Below, in pieces: positions 27,724-35,133 of a DNA stretch of 64,000 nucleotides. The stretch is from positions 4,147-68,146 of the forward strand of contig VGNX01000003.1 of NCBI GenBank assembly GCA_016865855.1, given 5' to 3'. The notes under the pieces were generated by a model. That model made no database searches and had not been told where the DNA came from. It saw only the letters and a program-made list of their open reading frames with translations. Position 1 is the stretch's first letter; the number at the start of each line of letters is the position of its first letter. Made by a program: the position numbers and the translations under genes. The stretch comes from Chloroflexota bacterium. Lineage in GTDB: Bacteria > Chloroflexota > Dehalococcoidia > GIF9 > UBA5629.

Positions 27724-29283
27724 TCAATAAACCTTTTTATAAATTAACAGATATTGGTGGGTTATTCTCAGATACTCGCCATTATCAGAGTCAACGTTAT
27801 CCAACTTACTTTTTTCTTGGGCAACCACCACTATCTCCTTTAACCATAAACTACCTGAAGTAATCGCATCTATCATTCGTTTAGCAAGAGGCTCTATATA
27901 TCCATCTATTCTTACATCCTGTGTCTGGATCGCTATGAAACCACCATCAGTTATACTATGCACTTCACGAGCTATAACTTCGTTTACCTTCCGCAAATAG
28001 CCCTCAATATCTACTCGAGAGGGATTATTAGCTAGAAACGGTGATTTTATAAAGAGTAATCTTCTTCTTTTTGCACTCCTATCAATGGCGGAAGTATCGT
28101 CTTCAGAATGTGGAAGGAAAGTTATAGTGGAATATCCATCACCGTTTGAATATCTATCAATTACATTTTTGTTCAAGCGTGCTTCAAAATCCTTCACTGG
28201 CAAGACCCACACAGTTGTGGTCTCAAGTTCGTCCAATTTCCTTTTCAAGTATGGCTTCTCTAAAGTAGGAGCAACTAAACTATAATCAGCCCCGCTTTCT
28301 TCCACGCCCAAAGGAACAATTCGCTCATGTTTCTCAAAAATCGGTAAATACTCGTGGGCTAACAGAAGAAAATTGTATTTTACGCTATTGGCATACCAAA
28401 ATCCCGTAGTTTTGCAGTTATGTTGACGCTTAATAACAAGCTCTTTCAATTTAAAGCCGGCATCTAAATATACGTTTATGAGTTTAAAACCTAAAGGAAT
28501 AACATGTTTCTTCCTTCGCATGTCTCCTATCAAAATAGCGCACTGTCTACCTGGTTTCAGCACCCTAAAACTCTCTTTTGCGACCTTGGACATCTCTTTC
28601 AAGAACTCATCCATGCCCAAAAATGATAAGTCACCTTCTTTAGAATCCGTATAATGAATAATGTTTGCATAGGGAGGATGAGCACAGATTAAATCCACCG
28701 AGCTATTATCTAAAAATGACAAATCTCTCGCATCGCCAACCAATAATTCAGGTTCATGAATCTGATAATGGCTTTTTTCGCTAATAAGAATTGTTTGTCG
28801 TGAATCTACGTTAAAACTTACATTCGCCTGTGCTAACTCAATGGCCTTATCATTGATATCAAAGGCTATGCACCTTCTTCCTAAAAGTTTACACTCCACA
28901 GCGGTTGTTCCCGCACCACAGAAATAATCTAAAACTAACTCACCGGGTTTCGAATATTTGAGAATCAAATTCCTCGGAATGTAAGGGGACCAATTTCCTC
29001 TATACTCTCCACTATGAGTTGCCCATTTACCCCTTTGTTTAAAACTCCAGACGGTCGTTTCCTCTTCCTTGAAATCCTTTGGGTAAAGCGTTTTTACCTT
29101 TTTATGGCCTCTAAGAGCACTAATATTCACTCCCTGTGATTTAGTGATAAGTCGCTCAATATACCTAAACGTAACTCCGTATTTCTGACCAATCTCTAAG
29201 TCTGGAATCCCCCTTGCTTTTTCTTGTAAGATCTTCTCCTGGAGTTCTTTCTCAGTTTTTGAGGTCACTTTTTGACTAGTCAC
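27724..29283 (-). CDS. DNA methyltransferase (N4-C/N6-A, PF01555-like sequence but permuted motif order) with N-terminal HTH
   Basis: TTVWSF..HSGEY..PRNLILKYSKPGELVLDYFCGAGTT (motifs X-I, aa 76-127, nt 28903-28923 for FCGAGTT) precedes DLICAHPPYANI (motif IV, aa 197-208, nt 28669-28680 for HPPY). HTH-like GIPDLEIGQKYGVTFRYIERLI at aa 25-46. Confidence 0.8.
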   Translation of the reverse strand: MTSQKVTSKTEKELQEKILQEKARGIPDLEIGQKYGVTFRYIERLITKSQGVNISALRGHKKVKTLYPKDFKEEETTVWSFKQRGKWATHSGEYRGNWSPYIPRNLILKYSKPGELVLDYFCGAGTTAVECKLLGRRCIAFDINDKAIELAQANVSFNVDSRQTILISEKSHYQIHEPELLVGDARDLSFLDNSSVDLICAHPPYANIIHYTDSKEGDLSFLGMDEFLKEMSKVAKESFRVLKPGRQCAILIGDMRRKKHVIPLGFKLINVYLDAGFKLKELVIKRQHNCKTTGFWYANSVKYNFLLLAHEYLPIFEKHERIVPLGVEESGADYSLVAPTLEKPYLKRKLDELETTTVWVLPVKDFEARLNKNVIDRYSNGDGYSTITFLPHSEDDTSAIDRSAKRRRLLFIKSPFLANNPSRVDIEGYLRKVNEVIAREVHSITDGGFIAIQTQDVRIDGYIEPLAKRMIDAITSGSLWLKEIVVVAQEKSKLDNVDSDNGEYLRITHQYLLIYKKVY

Positions 29284-29325
29284 TGTATCACCTTATTCAT
29301 CATTCATCGCCTAGATTCAGCTTGA

Positions 29326-31770
29326 TTACCCCACCACTATATTGACCAGCCGCAGCGGGACGTAGATAATCTTGGCGACTTTGTTGTCCTTAATATACGC
29401 CTTTATCCGCTCCCGGCTCAAGGCAAGCTCTCTGGCTTCAGCTTCGGTGATGGAAACCGGCACGGTAACCCTGTCCCGTAGCTTGCCGTTTACCTGGATG
29501 ACCAGCGTGACCTCTTCCTCTTTAGCCAGCTCCTCATTCCACTTCGGCCAGGGTTGATTGTGAATACTGTAAAGATGGCCTGTCTTTGCCCACAGTTCCT
29601 CGGTGAGATGCGGTGCCGTCGGCGCCAGAAGCAGCAGCAAATTGGTTACAGCCTCGCTCCACAACGAAACTGAAACCGTGCCTACCTCCTGCACCTTGCC
29701 CAGATAATTAGTGAACTCCATCAGCGCCGCCAGCATGGTGTTGAAGCGGAACCGCTCCATGTCGCCGGTCACCTTCTTGATGGTCTTGTGAATGAGACGG
29801 CTCAGTTCCTTTTCCACATCAGGGTCAACTTTACTCTCTGAGTAGCCGGATATAACCAAGTTCCAAACCCGGTTCAGCCAGCGGCTCATACCAATGATGC
29901 CCTGGTCGCTCCACTCACCACCTAGCTCCCAGGGTCCAATAAACATAAGGTAAGCACGAACGGCGTCAGCCCCTATCTCAGATACATATACATCAGGCGT
30001 AACCACATTGCCCCGGGACTTGCTCATTTTGTCGCCCTGATAGATAATCGTCCCCTGATTGAACAGCTTGATAAAGGGCTCATCGAAATCAACCAGTCCC
30101 ATGTCTCTGAGCGCCTTGGCGAAGAAGCGGGAATAAAGAAGATGCATGACGGCATGTTCAGCACCGCCGGTGTACAAGTCAACCGGCATCCAGAATTTCA
30201 GTTTGGCCTTGTCAAAGGGGGAACTGTCAACACCGGGACTGGTATAGCGCAGGAAATACCACGAGGAGCACATAAAGGTGTCCATGGTATCAGTCTCCCG
30301 CTTTGCTGGCGCGGAGCACTTCGGGCAGGTGGTATTAACAAAGGACTCGCAGTATTTCAAGGGCGACTCACCGGTAGGCCTGAACTCGGCATCAGGAGGC
30401 AGCAGAACCGGCAGGTCTTTCTCCGGCACAGGGACAATGCCGCATTTATCACAGTACACCATAGGAATAGGCGCCCCCCAGTAGCGCTGGCGGGAGATGA
30501 GCCAGTCCCGAAGTCGGTAGGTAACTGCCCACTTCCCCCAGCCCTTTTTCTCCATGTAATCACAGATAGCTTCAAATCCCTGCTCGCTGGGTAGACCGTT
30601 GAACTGCCCCGAGTTCACCATAGTTCCAGATTCAGTATAAGCGCACTCAAGCTCTTCCCCCGACCAATCTGGAGGAGCGATAACTACCCGTATTGGCAGC
30701 CCATACTTCTTGGCAAACTCAAAGTCACGCTGGTCATGTGCCGGAACCCCCATCACCGCCCCGGTCCCGTAGCTGAGCAGCACATAGTCGGTAATCCAGA
30801 TGGGCATCGGCTCGCCATTCAGCCTGTTAATCACATAGCTCCCCAGGAAGACACCGGTCTTCTCCCTCTCTAAAGCTGTTCTTTCGATTTCAGTTTGCCT
30901 CTGTGTTTGAAGGATATACTCCTCCACCTCAGCCTTATGCTCCGGTGTGGTAAGCAAAGGCACCAGAGGATGCTCCGGCGCCAGGACAAAGAAAGTCACC
31001 CCAAAGATAGTATCGGGACGGGTGGTGAATACCCTTATCTCCTTGGTATCAACGCCTTTATGCTCCAGGCCAAACGATATCTCTGCCCCGGTGCTTCTGC
31101 CAATCCAGTTATTCTGCATTATTTCTATGCGCTCGGGCCAGTCTATTTTGCTGAAGTCCAGAAGTTCATCGGCATACTTGGTGATCCTGAAAAACCACTG
31201 CTCCAGCAATTTCCTGAGCACCGCCGTGCCACAGCGCTCACAGGAACCCTCTCCCACCACCTGCTCATTAGCCAGCACTGTCTGGCACTTGGGACACCAG
31301 TTCACCGGTGCTTTAGCCCGATAAGCCAGCCCAGCTTCATAAAGCTTGAAGAAAAACCATTGCGTCCATTTGTAGTATTCGGGCAGGCAGGTGACCACCT
31401 CACGGTTCCAATCATAAATGGCGCCGATGCTCCTAAGCTGACGACGCATATTCTCGATATTTTCCATCGTCCAGATGTAAGGATGAATGCCATGTTTAAT
31501 AGCTGCGTTCTCTGCCGGCAGGCCGAAAGCATCAAAGCCCATAGGATGCAGCACATTGTAGCCCTGCATCCGCTTAAACCTGGCGTGGACATCCGAAGGC
31601 GCCACGGCATACCAGTGCCCGATGTGAAGGTCGCCTGAGGTATACGGAAACATAGTTAAGGCATAGAACTTAGGGCGATTGCCGTCCTTGACTTCATAAA
31701 GTCGGTCAGCCGCCCATTTCTCCTGCCACTTCTTCTCGATTTCCTGTGGATTATATTTAACAGCACACAT
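29326..31770 (-). CDS. leuS: Leucine--tRNA ligase
   Basis: 814 aa with the HIGH variant (SGDLHIGH), KMSKS (GDKMSKSRGN) and LeuRS-specific N-terminus YNPQEIEKKWQEKW. Confidence 0.95.
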   Translation of the reverse strand: MCAVKYNPQEIEKKWQEKWAADRLYEVKDGNRPKFYALTMFPYTSGDLHIGHWYAVAPSDVHARFKRMQGYNVLHPMGFDAFGLPAENAAIKHGIHPYIWTMENIENMRRQLRSIGAIYDWNREVVTCLPEYYKWTQWFFFKLYEAGLAYRAKAPVNWCPKCQTVLANEQVVGEGSCERCGTAVLRKLLEQWFFRITKYADELLDFSKIDWPERIEIMQNNWIGRSTGAEISFGLEHKGVDTKEIRVFTTRPDTIFGVTFFVLAPEHPLVPLLTTPEHKAEVEEYILQTQRQTEIERTALEREKTGVFLGSYVINRLNGEPMPIWITDYVLLSYGTGAVMGVPAHDQRDFEFAKKYGLPIRVVIAPPDWSGEELECAYTESGTMVNSGQFNGLPSEQGFEAICDYMEKKGWGKWAVTYRLRDWLISRQRYWGAPIPMVYCDKCGIVPVPEKDLPVLLPPDAEFRPTGESPLKYCESFVNTTCPKCSAPAKRETDTMDTFMCSSWYFLRYTSPGVDSSPFDKAKLKFWMPVDLYTGGAEHAVMHLLYSRFFAKALRDMGLVDFDEPFIKLFNQGTIIYQGDKMSKSRGNVVTPDVYVSEIGADAVRAYLMFIGPWELGGEWSDQGIIGMSRWLNRVWNLVISGYSESKVDPDVEKELSRLIHKTIKKVTGDMERFRFNTMLAALMEFTNYLGKVQEVGTVSVSLWSEAVTNLLLLLAPTAPHLTEELWAKTGHLYSIHNQPWPKWNEELAKEEEVTLVIQVNGKLRDRVTVPVSITEAEARELALSRERIKAYIKDNKVAKIIYVPLRLVNIVVG

Positions 31771-31826
31771 AACAGGCTGATTTTATCCCGTTGGAGCTAT
31801 CCCGTCAACCACGCTGGTTCAACAAG

Positions 31827-31960
31827 TGTAGCGGCGACCCCTTAAGGTTCGCCTACCACCAACCAATGTAGCGGCGACCTTTTAAGGTCGCCGAGGCGAG
31901 GCTAAAGCCTCGCAGCTACATGTTTGATTTCTGGCGGGGCTGAAGCCCCGCAACTACATG
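31827..31960. repeat. Three consecutive family-1 hairpin units
   Basis: TGTAGCGGCGACCCCTTAAGGTTCGCC, TGTAGCGGCGACCTTTTAAGGTCGCC+GGCGAGGCTAAAGCCTCGC and GGCGGGGCTGAAGCCCCGC..CTACATG. Confidence 0.85.
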
Positions 31961-32026
31961 CTATTGGTAGGCGACTGCCCTAATAAAACAAAGCAGTGTA
32001 TAATGAAAACGGGCAGATTAAGAAAT

Positions 32027-32413
32027 ATGGAAAGGCAAGAATTTGAAGCTCTCGTCTTCAGAGCTATCGAGGCACTGCCACCGGAGTTCAAAAGCAAACT
32101 GGAGAACGTCGATATTATAGTTGAGGACTGGCCCAGTCCACAGCAAATCAGTCAATTAAGGCTCAGAAGTAAAGCACAATTGCTGGGTCTTTACGAAGGA
32201 GTACCTCAGACCAAGCGAGACAGTGGCTACAACCTGGTTCTACCGGACAAGATAACCATCTTTCAGAAGCCCATCGAGCTGAAATGCCGCTCCGACAAAG
32301 AAATCGAAATGGAGGTCGGCAGAGTAGTACGCCATGAGATCGCCCACCATTTCGGTATCGGCGATGCCGCCTTATATAAGATAGAAAATCAGAAGCTCAG
32401 GAGAGACGAATAA
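32027..32413 (+). CDS. Zincin-like metallopeptidase family protein (DUF1025-like)
   Basis: HEIAHHFG zinc motif near the C-terminus. I prefer the start MERQEFEAL (32027), because the upstream part of the track ORF runs into repeat DNA. Confidence 0.65.
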   Translation: MERQEFEALVFRAIEALPPEFKSKLENVDIIVEDWPSPQQISQLRLRSKAQLLGLYEGVPQTKRDSGYNLVLPDKITIFQKPIELKCRSDKEIEMEVGRVVRHEIAHHFGIGDAALYKIENQKLRRDE

Positions 32414-32442
32414 CGGATATTGTGATTACGGAGATTAATAGA

Positions 32443-32482
32443 GATTACGGCGATGTCATTCGTATCTTTTATCGCCGTTATC
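32443..32482 (+). terminator. Possible intrinsic terminator between convergent genes
   Basis: GATTACGGCGAT / ATCGCCGTTATC (12-bp stem with 1 mismatch, 16-nt loop) followed by TTCTTTTAT. Confidence 0.35.
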
Positions 32483-32526
32483 TTCTTTTATCGCTGTAAT
32501 CGCAGTCTTTACTAAAGTGCCTGGAA

Positions 32527-33309
32527 CTACTTCCCCGTGTACTTAGCAGGTCGCTTCTCCAGGAAAGCCTTTGCCCCTTCTTTCTGGTCCTGCGTGCCAA
32601 AGCACAGGGCAAATAAATCAGTTTCGCACTCAACGCCAACCGAAAGCGGAGTATCTAAAGATTTATTGACCGCAAGCTTAGCAAATTTCAGGATTGCCGG
32701 GCTCTTGCTCTTAAGCTTTTTTATGACCTCATCAACTGTTTCCCTCAGCTTATCTGCAGGGACAACCTTGTTCACCAAACCAAGCCGCAGGGCTTCCTCG
32801 GCCGAAATAGGGTCGCCGGTAAAAATCATCTCTTTTGCCTTCTTCTCCCCCACAAGCCTCGGCAACATCTGGGTCCCAACTCCACCCGGTATAACACCGA
32901 CGCTTATCTCCGGCTGACCAAACCGAGCATTCTCAGAGGCTATAATTATGTCGCAGCCCATAGCGAGTTCACACCCGCCACCTAGAGCTAATCCGTTCAC
33001 CATGGCTATGACCGGCTTGGGGATCTCCCTTATGAATGTATATGGCCTCTTCGCTCCCTTGGTCGATGTAATGACGCTAATTGTAGTCCAATCAAGAAAC
33101 ATGTTAATATCAGCACCAGCGCTGAAAGCCCTGTCGCCTGCCCCGGTGAGAACGATAACCTGCACCTCATCGTCGTCCTTAGCATCCTCCAGGGCAGCCA
33201 TAACCTCACTCCGCAAAGTCTGGTTTTGAGCATTAAACTTCTCAGGTCGGTTAAGGGTTATCCAGGCAACGTTATCCTTCTTCTCATAAATAATCGTCTC
33301 GAATTTCAT
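32527..33309 (-). CDS. Enoyl-CoA hydratase (crotonase family)
   Basis: 260 aa with WITLNRPEKFNA, LTGAGDRAFSAGADI and VNGLALGGGCELAMGCD. Confidence 0.88.
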   Translation of the reverse strand: MKFETIIYEKKDNVAWITLNRPEKFNAQNQTLRSEVMAALEDAKDDDEVQVIVLTGAGDRAFSAGADINMFLDWTTISVITSTKGAKRPYTFIREIPKPVIAMVNGLALGGGCELAMGCDIIIASENARFGQPEISVGVIPGGVGTQMLPRLVGEKKAKEMIFTGDPISAEEALRLGLVNKVVPADKLRETVDEVIKKLKSKSPAILKFAKLAVNKSLDTPLSVGVECETDLFALCFGTQDQKEGAKAFLEKRPAKYTGK

Positions 33310-33333
33310 TCTATTCTCCTTTCTCCTTTATAT

Positions 33334-34101
33334 TTATATGGTTGCGCCACCATCTATGGCCAGAACCTGTCCGGTTACATAGCTGGAAGCATCAGAGGCC
33401 AGGAAAATCACAGCCCCAGCCATTTCCTCAGGCTCGGCTACCCGCCGCATGGGAGTTCCCATCATGGCACCCTGCAGGACATCCGGGTTACCCCAGAGAG
33501 CTTCACTGAACCGAGTCTTGGTCAGTCCCGGTGCTATGGCATTCACCCTGATATTGTACTGAGCCCATTGCTGCGCCATGACCTTTGTTGCCATGATCAC
33601 TCCGGCTTTGCTTACGGAGTAAATCGGCAATACGTCAGGTGTAATCCCGGCAACTGAGGCAACATTGATAATCTTGCCCCCACCTTGCTCCTTCATCAAC
33701 CTGGCCACCGCCTGGCTGAGGAAAAACAGCCCTTTTAGGTTTAGATTCATAATGGAGTCCCAGGCACGCTCCTCTATGTCTATGGCCTGGTCCATGGTCG
33801 GGTTGGTGCCAGCGTTATTCACCAAGATATCGATTCTGCCAAACTCCTCTTTAACCTTACTAACTAGATTGTTTATCTCCTCGAGCCTGCCCACGTGTGC
33901 CGCCACAGCCAGCGACTTCCTACCCGCTCCCTTTATCTCTTTAGCCACTTCCTCAAGGTCTGGTAATTTCCGACTGGCTAAAGCCACGTCGGCACCGGCC
34001 TTGGCCAGTCCAACAGCAATGGCCTTACCGATGCCGCGGCTGCCACCAGTTACCAGGGCCACTTTGCCTTTTAGAGAGAAATCGTCCGGGGAAAAATTCA
34101 T
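33334..34101 (-). CDS. SDR-family oxidoreductase (FabG-like)
   Basis: 255 aa with TGGSRGIGKAIA (TGxxxGxG), NNAG and the YSVSK catalytic motif. Confidence 0.88.
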   Translation of the reverse strand: MNFSPDDFSLKGKVALVTGGSRGIGKAIAVGLAKAGADVALASRKLPDLEEVAKEIKGAGRKSLAVAAHVGRLEEINNLVSKVKEEFGRIDILVNNAGTNPTMDQAIDIEERAWDSIMNLNLKGLFFLSQAVARLMKEQGGGKIINVASVAGITPDVLPIYSVSKAGVIMATKVMAQQWAQYNIRVNAIAPGLTKTRFSEALWGNPDVLQGAMMGTPMRRVAEPEEMAGAVIFLASDASSYVTGQVLAIDGGATI

Positions 34102-34224
34102 GCTTACCTCCTAAACAAGATTCATTGTTTTTGGCCAGAAGCCGACACCAAAGTATATATCGCCGAGGGCGTGACTCGCAACTTAGTGAGAAGGCAAGAG
34201 CATCTGCTATTTATAATTAAATGT

Positions 34225-34260
34225 CGCTAATGCCAAAAAGCTGGCTTTTTGGCATTAGCG
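34225..34260 (-). terminator. Intrinsic terminator hairpin after the substrate-binding-protein gene
   Basis: CGCTAATGCCAAAAAGC (34225-34241) and GCTTTTTGGCATTAGCG (34244-34260) are exact reverse complements. An A/T-rich tract follows on the minus strand. Confidence 0.7.
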
Positions 34261-34277
34261 CCGGGGTTATAATTGTC

Positions 34278-35081
34278 TTATTCGTGCAATAAGCTCTCTA
34301 TATATTCAGGGTCGCTGTATTTTGCCTGTATCTTTTCGTAAACCGTTTTATAGTCGATATCTCTTTCCTGCTTCAAGTCATCAAGTGCGCTCTGCCAGGC
34401 TTTTACCGTGCTATCAGGAATATCCTTGCTGAAGGCTATGTACAGGTCCGCCCTTATGACCACGCTGGGCAACATGATCAGGTCATCTGTACTCACTCCA
34501 GCCTGCTCTGCGGTAATCGCCAGCCCTTCTTTATTACCCAGCCACAACTGCACCGTGCCATCCATGAGCTTTTTCAAAGCCTCGGCATCAGTCAGGCTCT
34601 CGTCCAAATTGGCAAATCCCTGCGCAGCCAAGAACTGCGCCCCGGCATCGCCTTTGTAGACGCCGATCTTCTTGACGTTTTTGGCGTCCTCGAGCTTATT
34701 AAGCACGATCGTCGAGCCCTTCTTAGCATAAAACGCCTGTTCATAGTTACCAATCGGTCCAACCCACTTGAAAAGCCCTTCGCGCTGTGGCGTCCTATTG
34801 AGCGAGTAAATCACAATGTTGGGCCCCTTTTGAGCCAGGGCTAAACCTTCGCTCAGCGGCATGACTTCTATAGCAGCCTGCGTGCCGGTCCTTTTCAGGA
34901 TAGCCTGGACTATTTCCGTGCTTTGCCCTGTCACATTGTTGTTTTTATCCACAAAATTATAGGGTGGATACGCTTCAGTGATGATGCGCAACCCACTGCT
35001 CGCTGGCTGTACAGTGCCTAGAACATTACATGCCACCAGGAGCATGGCTACTGTAAGCAGTATAGCTAACCAAACCTTCAT
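34278..35081 (-). CDS. Periplasmic solute-binding lipoprotein (SBP family 3-like)
   Basis: 267 aa with a lipobox-like LLVACN. YPPYNF and the overall layout resemble amino-acid-type ABC substrate-binding proteins. No permease or ATPase is adjacent. Confidence 0.6.
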   Translation of the reverse strand: MKVWLAILLTVAMLLVACNVLGTVQPASSGLRIITEAYPPYNFVDKNNNVTGQSTEIVQAILKRTGTQAAIEVMPLSEGLALAQKGPNIVIYSLNRTPQREGLFKWVGPIGNYEQAFYAKKGSTIVLNKLEDAKNVKKIGVYKGDAGAQFLAAQGFANLDESLTDAEALKKLMDGTVQLWLGNKEGLAITAEQAGVSTDDLIMLPSVVIRADLYIAFSKDIPDSTVKAWQSALDDLKQERDIDYKTVYEKIQAKYSDPEYIESLLHE

Positions 35082-35133
35082 CGTATTAGTCTCCTTTTCA
35101 TCTCAATTGTATAAATTCCGCGTCCTGCCATCG

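Noticed and set aside
26149-29325. Direct repeats or a leuS 3'-end duplication flanking the methyltransferase/glycosylase island (by analogy with the polA island)
   Set aside because: I compared 26149-26200 with 29284-29380 on both strands and found only a 8-of-9 chance match (CTGGTCAA versus TTGGTCAG). There is no convincing att-like duplication, so foreign origin rests on composition and gene content only.
30142-31638. Plus-strand ORFs of 150-247 aa opposite leuS, and similar ORFs opposite clpC (41796-42257) and dnaJ (48614-49342)
   Set aside because: They are antisense to highly conserved housekeeping genes, have no Shine-Dalgarno, and have compositionally biased translations. They are shadow ORFs.
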